The position numbers and the translations under genes were made by a program. A model generated the notes under the pieces. That model searched no databases and had not been told where the DNA came from. It saw nothing but the letters and a program-made list of their open reading frames with translations. From NCBI GenBank assembly GCA_965140705.1, contig OZ223300.1, forward strand, positions 1,056,001-1,120,000: a DNA stretch of 64,000 nucleotides. The letters run 5' to 3'. Positions 30,632-40,908 of the stretch are shown here, in pieces. This DNA comes from an uncultured Arcobacter sp. GTDB taxonomy: Bacteria; Campylobacterota; Campylobacteria; Campylobacterales; Arcobacteraceae. Each line of letters begins with the position of its first letter. The first letter of the stretch is position 1.

Positions 30632-31138
30632 ATGGAGCAAAGCGTAATGGAAAGAATATATGCACCTTGGCGATTTGAGTATGTAACAGAAGATAAGATT
30701 GAGGGGTGTGTATTTTGTCACATTTATGAAAATCCAAATGATGATGAAAAACTAGGTGTTGTTTTTAGAGATAAAAACTGCTATGTAGTTATGAACAAAT
30801 ACCCATACACTCCGGGTCATATGATGGTAATCCCAAACTTTCATACAGAAAATATAGAAGATTTAGATGATGAAGTATGGATTGAGATGTCTTTACGTGT
30901 TAAACAAGCTACAAAGATGTTAAAAGAGGTTTTAAATGCCGAGGGTATAAATATTGGTATGAATCTTAGCAAAGCTGCTGGTGCTGGTATAGCAGAGCAT
31001 GTTCATTATCATCTTGTTCCAAGATGGGGAGGGGATACTAATTTTATCACTACTATAGGAGATACTAGAGTTTATCCTGTTGATTTTGGGAAGATTTATA
31101 AGAAACTTTGTGAGAATGCTTTGGAGTATTTTGTTTAA
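30632..31138 (+). CDS. HIT family hydrolase
   Basis: CVFC, NKYPYTPGH, HVHYHLVPRW. Confidence 0.92.
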   Translation: MEQSVMERIYAPWRFEYVTEDKIEGCVFCHIYENPNDDEKLGVVFRDKNCYVVMNKYPYTPGHMMVIPNFHTENIEDLDDEVWIEMSLRVKQATKMLKEVLNAEGINIGMNLSKAAGAGIAEHVHYHLVPRWGGDTNFITTIGDTRVYPVDFGKIYKKLCENALEYFV

Positions 31139-31174
31139 ATAGTACTCTATATATAATTTATAAAAAGGTAGAAA

Positions 31175-31597
31175 ATGAAATATATTAGTTTGATTATTTT
31201 AGTTTTGTTTATTGGATGTAGTTCTCAAGAAAATCTCATTAAAATTGATAATGGAAAAAGTCTTGATAAAAAACTTATTGGTGTGTGGACTGGAGAGAGA
31301 AGTAAGAATATTAAATGTAGATATTTTTCATGGACAATGCAAAGGGATAGTGATGGTACTTACAAAGTTGCCTTTTTTAATGATAAAAATAAATTTGATT
31401 TAATCCAAGCAGAAAGTGGATATTGGTGGGTAAAAGATGATAAATATTATGAACTAAATCCTAAAGTTATGAAAGAACCTGACGTTTATACATATAATCA
31501 GATTGATAAGAATACATTTCATTATAAGATGATAAATTATGATGTAACTGCTGACTGTAAAGAAGATTATGAATTTTCAGATATTAAGCTTAAATAA
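31175..31597 (+). CDS. Hypothetical lipoprotein
   Basis: Lipobox LFIGC; LIGVW suggests a beta-barrel/lipocalin-like fold (weak). Confidence 0.7.
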   Translation: MKYISLIILVLFIGCSSQENLIKIDNGKSLDKKLIGVWTGERSKNIKCRYFSWTMQRDSDGTYKVAFFNDKNKFDLIQAESGYWWVKDDKYYELNPKVMKEPDVYTYNQIDKNTFHYKMINYDVTADCKEDYEFSDIKLK

Positions 31598-31609
31598 GGA
31601 CATAGATTC

Positions 31610-31802
31610 TTCTTACTTTGTATGGACAAAGTAAGCAAAACCATCAACGGCTGTGAAGCCCTTTTGGTTACTTCGCTTATTGTTTTATCTTTCCTGTCTT
31701 GCAAAACTCATAAATAAATATGCATTTAGCATATTTATTTACTCAAACAATTGCAAGCCTTTTTCGAAAAGATAAAACAAACATTCAGCTTCTGTAGATG
31801 TT
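31610..31802 (-). ncRNA. Structured non-coding unit A (candidate RNA or ssDNA element)
   Basis: Nested stems of 13, 7 and 13 bp plus a 10-bp terminal hairpin; homologous in architecture to unit B. Confidence 0.6.
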
Positions 31803-31908
31803 GGAACTAAAGGTAGGATAAGGACATTTGCATTTTTGATTTGTCTAATCTTTTATCTTTTTTTTGAGTTACTTTATAAATGATAGTTTGAATTGTAGGG
31901 ATTTTTTT

Positions 31909-32108
31909 CTGCCTTTGATGAAGCCGAGTAGTTTTAAATTTTTTTCGGAAAAAGTCGAGGACTTGTTTGAAATAAAAAAGAGTGATAAACTCACTCTTTT
32001 TTATAAGTCCCGCAGACTAGAAAATAAATTTAGAACTGGGAGGGAAGCTTTGCCTTCATTAACTCGGCAGTCTTTTTTGCTTACTTTTTCGAGACCAAAA
32101 AGTAAGAA
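31909..32108 (+). ncRNA. Structured non-coding unit B (candidate RNA or ssDNA element)
   Basis: Nested stems including a perfect 14-bp hairpin and a 10-bp terminal hairpin; G-U wobbles on + strand. Confidence 0.6.
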
Positions 32109-32211
32109 AGCGGAAACCTTTAGGTTTTTAAGAGAGTCACTCAAACTTTCATAATAATATAACTTTACAATGCTATACTTAACACACAAAAACTCAAACT
32201 AGGAATTGATT

Positions 32212-32571
32212 ATGGTAATTAGAAAACAAACAAATGAAAGAATGAGTAGAATAGTTGAATATAGTGGGGTTATTTATTTAGCTGGAATTGTATCTGATGA
32301 TAAAGACTTAGATATAAAAGGTCAGGCTCAAAGGGTGTTGGCTATGGCAGAAGAAAGATTAGCTGAAGCTGGAAGCAATAAAGACCATATCTTACGAGCT
32401 GAAATATTTGTAAAAGACATCGCTAGAGATTTTGCTGGGTTTAATGAAGTTTGGGATGCTTGGGTATCAAAAGAACAGCCACCTGCACGTGCTTGTGTTG
32501 AAGCAAATATGGCAAGCTCTAATACATTAGTAGAGATAATATTTACAGCAGTAAAAGCTAGAATATTATAG
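32212..32571 (+). CDS. RidA/YjgF family protein (YoaB-like)
   Basis: RMSRIV, FNEVWDAW, PPARACV, LVEI. Confidence 0.9.
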   Translation: MVIRKQTNERMSRIVEYSGVIYLAGIVSDDKDLDIKGQAQRVLAMAEERLAEAGSNKDHILRAEIFVKDIARDFAGFNEVWDAWVSKEQPPARACVEANMASSNTLVEIIFTAVKARIL

Positions 32572-32683
32572 TAAAAAGATTTTTTCTTTTTACTAAACAT
32601 TAAAGAAATTTATTACATCTTATTTCTTCTTGAAGTATAATATTTGCATAGTATTATTTTAAATAAAATCTGGAGAACTATTT

Positions 32684-33925
32684 ATGAAAAGAGACACTAT
32701 TATTATCGGCGCTGGAGTTGTTGGACTTATGTGTGCTTATCATTTACATAAAGCTGGACGAAAAGTAACTATTATCGATGAAGGTGATATTACTGATTGT
32801 ACATCATTTGGAAATGCAGGATTATTATCTGCTTTTGATAAAGGATGTTTGGCTTATCCAGGTGTTATCTCAACTACAATGAAGCAGATGTTAAAAGGAG
32901 AATCCCCTGTAAATATTCATCCTAAACTTGACCCCAAACTCTTTACTTGGCTTTTTAAATTTGCAGCAAGTGCAAATGAAAAGAGATTTAAAAGAACAGT
33001 TATGCTTTTTGAAAAGTATGGGGAAGACACTTTAAAACTATATGAGAAGATGCAAAAAGAAGATAATTTGGATTTTGATTATCATAGAAAAGGTATGCTT
33101 TCTGTATTTACAGAAGATGCAACATATGAGAAGAAGCTAAAAGAGTGTGAATCAAAAGCCAAAAAAACATATAAAATATTATCAAAAGAAGAGACAAAAG
33201 ATTATTTGCCTTGTGGAAATGAGAAAATTAAAGGTTCAATTTTATTTACTAGAAATGCGCACTTTGATCCTAAAAGAGTTATGTTAGAGACAAAAGAATT
33301 TTTAGAAAAAGAGGGTGTGGAGTTTATTTTAAATGAGAAGATTATTGATATAAAATTTTCAAACAAAAAAGTAAAATCAGTAAGTTCTGCTACAAATAAT
33401 TATGAAGCAGAGAACTTTATACTTTCAACTGGTTATCAAACACTTTTAGCAGATATTAGAAAGAAAAATTTGATGATGACACCTGCAAAAGGATATAGTA
33501 TCACTTTTTCTATGCCAAGTGAACTTAAGCCAAAAACATCAACACTATTTAGTGATTTGTTTATAGTTATGACACCAAGACGAGATAGTGTAAGACTTAC
33601 ATCAAAATTAGAACTTGGATCTACTGATACAAGTATAATAAAAAAGCAAATAGATAGTATAAAATCAAACTTTGAAAAATATACACTTCCCTTTGAGATG
33701 AAAGATATAAAAGAGTGGACAGGATTTAGACCTCTTACTCCAAATGATATACCACTATTTGGAAGAGATGAAGAGTACAAAAACTTAGTATATGCTATGG
33801 GAATGGGTTGGCTTGGTATGACCTTTGCTCCTAGTATTGGAAAAATAGTTAGAAAAATTATTACAAAAGATTTAGAGAATAAAAATAGCGATGACGTTTT
33901 ACTTTTCTCAGGTTTTTATCAATAA
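32684..33925 (+). CDS. FAD-dependent D-amino acid dehydrogenase-like oxidoreductase
   Basis: GAGVVG, TSFGNAG, KGYS, WTGFRPLTP. Confidence 0.88.
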   Translation: MKRDTIIIGAGVVGLMCAYHLHKAGRKVTIIDEGDITDCTSFGNAGLLSAFDKGCLAYPGVISTTMKQMLKGESPVNIHPKLDPKLFTWLFKFAASANEKRFKRTVMLFEKYGEDTLKLYEKMQKEDNLDFDYHRKGMLSVFTEDATYEKKLKECESKAKKTYKILSKEETKDYLPCGNEKIKGSILFTRNAHFDPKRVMLETKEFLEKEGVEFILNEKIIDIKFSNKKVKSVSSATNNYEAENFILSTGYQTLLADIRKKNLMMTPAKGYSITFSMPSELKPKTSTLFSDLFIVMTPRRDSVRLTSKLELGSTDTSIIKKQIDSIKSNFEKYTLPFEMKDIKEWTGFRPLTPNDIPLFGRDEEYKNLVYAMGMGWLGMTFAPSIGKIVRKIITKDLENKNSDDVLLFSGFYQ

Positions 33926-33947
33926 AATAAAAAATAAAAGGTTATAG

Positions 33948-35279
33948 ATGTATTCAAAACTACTATCTAGGAAGAAATATTATGGTGAGGGTAAACTCTC
34001 AGAATCAAAAAATGAAGAGTTTTATAGAAGTAGTTTCCATAAAGATTATGATAGATTGATATTTTCAAAGTCATTTAGAAGACTTTCAAAAAAAACGCAA
34101 GTTCATCCTTTATCTAAAAATGACCATGTTCACAATAGATTGACCCATAGTTTAGAAGTAGCAAGTGTGGGGAGAAGTTTAGGTTTAAGAGCTGGAGAGA
34201 TATTTAAAAGAAGTGATGAGAGTGTAAATCCTTATGATGTGGGCTACATAGTTCAAACAGCTTGTCTAGCACATGATATTGGTAATCCTCCTTTTGGTCA
34301 TGCTGGGGAAGAAGTTATTAAAGAGTGGTTTTCAAAAAATAAAGAAGAAGATTTTTTAAATGCCTTATCAAGTGATGAGTTAGATGATTTTTTAAACTTA
34401 GATGGCAATGCTCAAAGTTTTAGAATAGTATCAAAACTTGAAAACAATAGTTTTAAAGGTGGTATGAATCTTACTTTTTCTACTTTAGGAGCACTTATAA
34501 AGTATCCTTATGCTTCAAGTAATTGTAAAAAAATAGGAAAGTCAAAATTTAACTTTTTTCAAAGTGAAAAAGAGTTTTTTGAATTACTTTTTAAGGAGCT
34601 TGATTTAGTAAAAAAAGATGGAACATATATGAGACATCCACTTTCTTATTTGATGGAAGTTGCTGATGATATTTGTTATGGACTATTAGATTTACAAGAT
34701 GCCCATGAGCTCAAAATCATAACACTTAATGACACAATAAAAATCTTTGAGTATATACTAGGAAAAGAAGAGGTTGAAAATTCACTTGCAAATGAAAAGT
34801 ATGATGATTTTCAAAGATTATCAAGATTTGTTGCTTTATCAATCAACAATCTTACCAATCATGCAATGGAAAAGTTTGAAGAAAATTTAGAAAATATTTG
34901 TAGTGAAAACCAAGAAAAAGATTTATTATCATATTTTACAAATGATGATTTAAAGCAAGGATTATTAGTAGCAAAAAGACTAGGTCATGAAAAAGTATTT
35001 AATGAGACTAGAAAAGTAGAATTAGAGCTTGGTGCTTATAATATAATTGAAATCTTGTTAGACAATCTAATAAAAGCTACTTATAGATTACATATCTGTA
35101 AAGATGAAAAAAAGTTACCTTTTAAAGATCAAAGAGCTTTACAACTAATGGAAAATGATAAACCAAATAAAAATGATACCTTGTATAATATGTATCAAAG
35201 AGTGATTGATTATATCGTGGGTATGACTGATAATCATGCAAAATACATTGCCCATCAATTTATTGGTATGAGTTATTAA
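33948..35279 (+). CDS. dgt: dGTP triphosphohydrolase
   Basis: [46 protein letters not shown]. Confidence 0.92.
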   Translation: MYSKLLSRKKYYGEGKLSESKNEEFYRSSFHKDYDRLIFSKSFRRLSKKTQVHPLSKNDHVHNRLTHSLEVASVGRSLGLRAGEIFKRSDESVNPYDVGYIVQTACLAHDIGNPPFGHAGEEVIKEWFSKNKEEDFLNALSSDELDDFLNLDGNAQSFRIVSKLENNSFKGGMNLTFSTLGALIKYPYASSNCKKIGKSKFNFFQSEKEFFELLFKELDLVKKDGTYMRHPLSYLMEVADDICYGLLDLQDAHELKIITLNDTIKIFEYILGKEEVENSLANEKYDDFQRLSRFVALSINNLTNHAMEKFEENLENICSENQEKDLLSYFTNDDLKQGLLVAKRLGHEKVFNETRKVELELGAYNIIEILLDNLIKATYRLHICKDEKKLPFKDQRALQLMENDKPNKNDTLYNMYQRVIDYIVGMTDNHAKYIAHQFIGMSY

Positions 35280-35283
35280 ATAC

Positions 35284-35532
35284 TTATTGTAATAACTCAT
35301 AAGGCTCTATATTAAATAATTTAGCTAATTTATATATATGCTCCAAATTAAAATGTTTGCCATATCTTAAATTCTCACAATTAGAATAGAAAGCTACAGA
35401 TGTTATTCCTATCTCTAAGGCTACATCTAATTGTTTTAATCCATGCTCTAGTCTCCTTTGTTTTATGTTTTTTGATACACTTTTATAGAAATCTATCACC
35501 TCTGTTTCTGTGCTGTTAGAAAAGATATTCAT
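35284..35532 (-). CDS. XRE-family HTH regulator
   Basis: RLEHGLKQLDVA...YSNCEN...NLEHIYKLAKLF. Confidence 0.85.
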   Translation of the reverse strand: MNIFSNSTETEVIDFYKSVSKNIKQRRLEHGLKQLDVALEIGITSVAFYSNCENLRYGKHFNLEHIYKLAKLFNIEPYELLQ

Positions 35533-35536
35533 TTTT

Positions 35537-35606
35537 TATCCTATAGGATATTGTAAAATTACTACTATATAGTTATAATTTATTTTTTTCTTTACTCCAT
35601 AGGATA
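35537..35606. promoter_or_regulatory. Palindromic operators upstream of the XRE gene
   Basis: Perfect 14-bp TATCCTATAGGATA (35537-35550); related ACTATATAGT (35564-35573) and TACTCCATAGGATA (35593-35606). Confidence 0.6.
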
Positions 35607-35784
35607 AATTTTGATAATTAATGAGAAAGATTATTATAATTATTAAACTTTGAAGTAAAAAGAGATAAATTATATATAAAAATGCTTTTGTATGCAAAGT
35701 TTTAAAAGTACTTGCCCGTCTAATCTTGTGAAAATTATATTTATCGTTAAACCTATTATTATAAATTGAATAAAGGAATAAATA

Positions 35785-36125
35785 ATGAAATTAACAATTA
35801 AAAAGTCAATAAAATGCATGATTATAATTTTTTAACTCAAGAAGAATTTAAACTTCAAGAATTGAAAAAAAAGATACAAAAAACTACTAATGAGTGGAAA
35901 TACCCCTTATATGAAATATACACGATGTCTACTGGAACTTTACTAAATATTGAGACTTGTAAAGTTGATGAACTTATGTATAAAAATACCCTTGAAATAA
36001 CAAATAAAAAAATAAAACACTTAATATCAATAATAGATACTTTTAATTCAATTGAGATTGATAATATTATAATGAATAATTCAACTACAAATAATTATAT
36101 ATTTATTAGGAGGTTCACTCTATAA
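35785..36125 (+). pseudogene. Hypothetical protein, possibly frameshifted near its start
   Basis: AAGGA and ATG at 35785 are out of frame with ORF 35814-36125; one extra A in the run at 35800-35804 would join them. Confidence 0.35.
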
Positions 36126-36350
36126 AATATTATATTTCGAGTATAAATGTTTATAATTAAAGGTAATTAATGAAACTACTAAGTTAATATAATATTAATA
36201 ATTAAATAAGTTATAAGATAAATAAGACTAGAATGAAAAGTTTACCCCAAAAAATAGACTATTTTGCTAGTAAAAATTATTTATTTTTATTAATTTATAT
36301 AATTAAATAATAAATTTTATAATTAAATAAGTTTAGATTAAGGAAAAAGT

Positions 36351-38678
36351 ATGTTTAAAAATATGACAATTAAGATGAAGTTAGTCTCTTCATTTATTTT
36401 AATAGTTGGTTTGATTATCTGTTTAGCAGGATATAGTATATATTCAGTTGATAAATCAGGTGATGGATTTAATTCATATAGGGCAATGGCAAAAGATACT
36501 GTCCTTTCTTCCCGTGTGCAAGCAAATATGTTAGAGGCAAGAATTAGCGTCATTAAGTATTTGAATTCAGATTCACAAAAGGATATAGATACATTCGAAA
36601 AGTCTTATAAAGAGACAAAAAAATATCTTGATATAGCAAAAAAAGAGATCCAAAATCCAACTCGTGCTTCAAAAGTATTGGAAATGGGAAATGATTTAAG
36701 TGCATACAAAGATAGCTTTTATGAAGCCGTTAAATATACAAAAGAAAAAGATAGAATATTGACTACTATATTAAATGTAGATGGTAAAAAAATAGAAATT
36801 ATATTATCTTCTGTTTTTAAAGCCACCAAAAATGAGAATGACCATGAAGCTTCTTATATTACTGGTACGGCAATTAGAAGTTTATTATTAGCACGACTTT
36901 ATACATTGAAGTTTTTAGAGACTGAGTCTAAAGATGACTATAATAGGGTAGAAAGTGAATTTAATATTTTGTCTAAAAATTTAACTTCATTAAAAGATAC
37001 TATAAAAAACAGTAGTAGAATAACTCAACTTAATGAATCAATTGATTTAATACAAAGATATACAAAAGCAGTTGCAGATATATATAATGATACTCTTAAA
37101 AGAAGAGAAATAGTTGATGGAAAATTAAATGTTTTAGGTCCTAAAATTGCAGACTTAAGTGAAGAAGTTAAATTATCAATTAAAGCAGATCAAGATTTAA
37201 TTGGACCAGCTGTAAAGAAATTGAATTCAAATATAAAATCATTGATTACAACAATATCTATAATAATATTAGCTCTAGCAATCTTTTTAGCAGTAGTATT
37301 ACCAAGAAATATAGCTAACTTATTAAGTACTTTTCAGGCAGGATTAATAGATTTCTTTAAATACTTAAACCGAGAAATATCAGAAGTAGAGTTGATAAAA
37401 ATTGATTCAACAGATGAATTTGGAATGATGGCAAAAGTAGTAAATGAAAATATAGAGAAGACAAAAATAGGAATAGAAGAAGATAGAAAATTAATAGATG
37501 AAACTATTACAGTTTTAGGAGAGTTTGAACAAGGTGATTTAGTACAAAGACTAGATATAAGTGTGTCAAATCCAGCATTAATGCAACTAAAAGATGTATT
37601 AAATAAAATGGCAGATACTCTAGAAAATAATATTAATAATGTATTAGATATTGTGGAAGAGTACTCTTCATATAATTATTTAAATAAAATATCTACAAAA
37701 GGTATAAAAGAGCATATTTTAAAATTAGCATCTGGAATAAATAATTTAGGTGATTCTATAACAGAAATGTTACTTGAAAATAAATCAAATGGATTGACTC
37801 TAGATAAAAGTTCGAATACTTTGTTAAAAAATGTGGATAAATTAAATCAAAGTTCAAATGAAGCAGCAAGCTCATTGGAAGAGACAGCAGCAGCTTTGGA
37901 AGAGATAACAAGTAATATAAGAAGTAATACAGAAAATATAGCAAAAATGTCTGCATTATCAACAGGATTAACAAAATCAGCAAATGAAGGGGAAGCATTA
38001 GCAAATGATACTACCTTGGCTATGGAAGAGATAAATGCACAAGTTACAGCAATAAAAGAAGCAATCACAGTAATTGATCAAATAGCTTTCCAAACAAATA
38101 TCCTAAGTCTAAATGCAGCAGTAGAAGCAGCAACAGCAGGAGAAGCAGGGAAAGGTTTTGCAGTAGTTGCGGGGGAAGTAAGAAATCTAGCTTCAAGAAG
38201 TGCAGAAGCAGCAAGTGAAATAAAATCCCTAGTAGAAAATGCTACAAATAAAGCAAATGATGGGAAAAGTATAGCAGGAAAGATGATATCAGGATATAAA
38301 GCACTAAATGAAAGTATTCTAGAAACTACAAACATAATATCAGATGTAGATGCAGCTTCAAAAGAGCAACTTTCAGGAATAGAACAAATTAATGATGCAG
38401 TAAATGAATTAGATCAACAAACTCAACAAAATGCGATGGTAGCTTCTGAAACACAGGATATAGCAATCTTAACGGATGAAATAGCTAAACTAATTGTTAG
38501 TGATGCAAACAATAAAGAGTTTGCTGGAAAAGAGAATGTAAAAGCTAAATCATCAGAGAATAAAGTAAAAGATACCCTTCCAGTTAAAAAGGAAGTAAAA
38601 AAAGAAAAAGTTAAAGAAGTGAAAAATGAAGTAATAAAATCACAAAAAGATGATAGTGATGAGTGGGAGAGCTTTTAG
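36351..38678 (+). CDS. Methyl-accepting chemotaxis protein with large helical periplasmic domain
   Basis: Two TMs, [18 protein letters not shown]-terminal pentapeptide EWESF. Confidence 0.93.
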   Translation: MFKNMTIKMKLVSSFILIVGLIICLAGYSIYSVDKSGDGFNSYRAMAKDTVLSSRVQANMLEARISVIKYLNSDSQKDIDTFEKSYKETKKYLDIAKKEIQNPTRASKVLEMGNDLSAYKDSFYEAVKYTKEKDRILTTILNVDGKKIEIILSSVFKATKNENDHEASYITGTAIRSLLLARLYTLKFLETESKDDYNRVESEFNILSKNLTSLKDTIKNSSRITQLNESIDLIQRYTKAVADIYNDTLKRREIVDGKLNVLGPKIADLSEEVKLSIKADQDLIGPAVKKLNSNIKSLITTISIIILALAIFLAVVLPRNIANLLSTFQAGLIDFFKYLNREISEVELIKIDSTDEFGMMAKVVNENIEKTKIGIEEDRKLIDETITVLGEFEQGDLVQRLDISVSNPALMQLKDVLNKMADTLENNINNVLDIVEEYSSYNYLNKISTKGIKEHILKLASGINNLGDSITEMLLENKSNGLTLDKSSNTLLKNVDKLNQSSNEAASSLEETAAALEEITSNIRSNTENIAKMSALSTGLTKSANEGEALANDTTLAMEEINAQVTAIKEAITVIDQIAFQTNILSLNAAVEAATAGEAGKGFAVVAGEVRNLASRSAEAASEIKSLVENATNKANDGKSIAGKMISGYKALNESILETTNIISDVDAASKEQLSGIEQINDAVNELDQQTQQNAMVASETQDIAILTDEIAKLIVSDANNKEFAGKENVKAKSSENKVKDTLPVKKEVKKEKVKEVKNEVIKSQKDDSDEWESF

Positions 38679-38684
38679 GCTCTC

Positions 38685-39320
38685 TTATTTAAAATTTCTT
38701 CTTTTTATTTCATTTCTTAAATCATTAAATTTAAAACGACTTTTCATAAGTTTTAGACAATCTTTATGAATAAGTATCTCTTTTTCATCAAAAGAGTTGG
38801 CATTGTCTTTTAGCTTTTTGTATATGTCTTCCAACTCCACATCACTAAATTCATCTGCTGAACCTTCATAATTAATATCTTCAATCTCTTTTATATCTTT
38901 AGGCATTTTAAAATCACTATAATAAAGCAACTCTTTAGTTACGCCCCAATATCTAAGACCTAATTTATTATAAAACTTAATAGAGTTATTTACACTATAT
39001 AATTTGCATCTTTCAATTTTATTTGGCTTTACTGAAGAAAAAAGAAATTTTAATAATTTGTATGCATAACCATTTCTTCTATATTTAAAGGGAGTTAAAA
39101 TATTGTTTATTGTTAGATATTTGTTGTTTTTAGAAATATTATAAAAAAGATATGTAACATGACAGTTATTTACTTTTAGTGCAAGGGGTGGAAATTTTTC
39201 CCAACTATAATAGTTGTCCCACAAGTCAAGTGCATTTTTTAAAAACTTTAAATTCTCAAAGTTACTTAGTTTTTGTACTGATTCTAAATATTCATCTCTA
39301 TTTAGAGTTACAACTTCCAA
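38685..39320 (-). CDS. GNAT-family N-acetyltransferase
   Basis: YRRNGYAYKLL motif A, SIKFYNKLG. Confidence 0.75.
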   Translation of the reverse strand: MEVVTLNRDEYLESVQKLSNFENLKFLKNALDLWDNYYSWEKFPPLALKVNNCHVTYLFYNISKNNKYLTINNILTPFKYRRNGYAYKLLKFLFSSVKPNKIERCKLYSVNNSIKFYNKLGLRYWGVTKELLYYSDFKMPKDIKEIEDINYEGSADEFSDVELEDIYKKLKDNANSFDEKEILIHKDCLKLMKSRFKFNDLRNEIKRRNFK

Positions 39321-39322
39321 AA

Positions 39323-39589
39323 CTAATGTTCTTTATGTTCGTCTATTAAGCTCATAATCTTCTCATAAACTTCACTTGCTTGAGTATCATTGATTTGATT
39401 GGTATTAATTGACTCAACGATATTTTGTAGTTCTACCATGAAAGATTCCATCTCTTTTATAGCCTCTAAGTCATCTTCTGTCGCCTCGTTATTTTCTAAT
39501 AGTTCTAATAACTCTTCCAGATATTTTTCAACTTCTGGTAACATTGTTACTTCGACAACTTCTTTTAACTCATTTTTAATATTGGACAT
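39323..39589 (-). CDS. Hypothetical acidic helical protein
   Basis: 88-aa ORF co-oriented with neighbours. Confidence 0.7.
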   Translation of the reverse strand: MSNIKNELKEVVEVTMLPEVEKYLEELLELLENNEATEDDLEAIKEMESFMVELQNIVESINTNQINDTQASEVYEKIMSLIDEHKEH

Positions 39590-39620
39590 TTTTAGCCTTT
39601 TAATTAATTATTCAATTATT

Positions 39621-40037
39621 TTAAAATACAAAAGCAATATCTGCTATGGAAATATTATACATTAAAACATTTGTATTATCAGAATCAATAACACTATATT
39701 TTATAGTCAAATCATTTGGATTTTCAATTTCTTGATGATTTTCTACAAATTTTTTGTATCTATTTTCATCTATTATTGAATATATAAAAAGTACTTTTTC
39801 TTTAAATTTATCATTATTTATATATAAAGCGAATACTTCAGGTTGTTTTTCAGCGTCATATTTATTTATAAAATTTGTAGTATACATATTTTCTACTAGA
39901 TCATTTTTTTTATACTCTTTTGAATTATATGTATAATAATCATCTGCTAATATTTCTTCTAATTCATTTGATATTTCAAAATAATTAAATTTACTATAAT
40001 TATTATTTTCTTCAATTAAATATTTATTTTCAATCAT
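39621..40037 (-). CDS. Hypothetical protein
   Basis: 138-aa ORF with AAGGAG RBS. Confidence 0.7.
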   Translation of the reverse strand: MIENKYLIEENNNYSKFNYFEISNELEEILADDYYTYNSKEYKKNDLVENMYTTNFINKYDAEKQPEVFALYINNDKFKEKVLFIYSIIDENRYKKFVENHQEIENPNDLTIKYSVIDSDNTNVLMYNISIADIAFVF

Positions 40038-40079
40038 AAATCTCCTTTTTTAAATAAATATTATATCAAATATTACTTA

Positions 40080-40421
40080 GTGTTATTAAAAAGTATAATC
40101 CTTGAAAATATGTCTTTTCAAAAGTTGATACCTCTATATGACAAAGAAGAGGTTTTATTTTATCTTGACCCACCATATGTAAGTACTGAGAGCTACTATA
40201 AAAATACAGGTGGATTTGGTATCAAAGAGCATAAAGAATTAGCAGCACTGTTGTCACAAGTAAAAGGTAAGTTTTTACTCTCTTATAATGACTGTGAGCT
40301 AGTTCGTGAGTTATATAAAGATTTTAAGATAGTAAGTAGTAAAGAGATAGAGTACACGCTGGGTAAAAATATGCATGGGAAGAATAAAAGTGTTCGGGAG
40401 GTTTTTGTTATGAATTATTAG
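40080..40421 (+). pseudogene. C-terminal fragment of Dam-like DNA adenine methyltransferase
   Basis: FYLDPPY, GKFLLSYND, EVFVMNY present; N-terminal SAM-binding part absent. Confidence 0.8.
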
Positions 40422-40430
40422 AATGAAACT

Positions 40431-40898
40431 TTAGGGTTTCATTCTATTATTACTACTTGTATGATTTTGATTATTTTCAATATGTTTTTTTGCCATTCTT
40501 GATACATCTTCAAGTGCTGCATCTTCTCTTGCTTTAGCTAATTTATGAAGTTCTTTAAGGTTGTTAATATACTTGTTAAAATTTAAATCAAATAATAGGG
40601 CAGAGTCATATAAAAAAAGTATTCTTTGATGTATAGCACTTAAAACACATGGTATATTGTTAGTTCCACACAAAATAGTATTTGCACCAATAGACTCAGC
40701 AAATGCACATAATTCTTGATATGTAGATGTAGGGTAGGTTTTATTTTCTTCTAATATCTGATTAAGTTTTTCTGATATTAAATTATATATTGCTTCTTTA
40801 GTAATACAACACATAACTCTTCCTTTACTAATACCTAGTTGAATGGCATAAGCTTTTAAGGCTATTAAATCACACTCTTCTCTCACTGATTGTTCCAT
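40431..40898 (-). CDS. Hypothetical protein
   Basis: ATG at 40898 after AAGGAG; directly downstream of the HEPN-like gene. Confidence 0.65.
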   Translation of the reverse strand: MEQSVREECDLIALKAYAIQLGISKGRVMCCITKEAIYNLISEKLNQILEENKTYPTSTYQELCAFAESIGANTILCGTNNIPCVLSAIHQRILFLYDSALLFDLNFNKYINNLKELHKLAKAREDAALEDVSRMAKKHIENNQNHTSSNNRMKP

Positions 40899-40908
40899 CT
40901 TTTCTCCT

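Noticed and set aside
31610..32108. Structured units as group II intron remnants or plain terminators
   Set aside because: No domain V/VI or GUGYG start seen; flanking genes are co-oriented and the nested multi-stem architecture far exceeds a terminator.
31864..32189. ORFs 31864-32154 (+) and 32001-32189 (-)
   Set aside because: Non-ATG starts, no recognisable motifs, and they overlie structured unit B; likely chance frames.
35660..35760. Possible c-di-GMP riboswitch upstream of the MCP region
   Set aside because: Only a GCAAA fragment; the paired stems and conserved motifs are not present.
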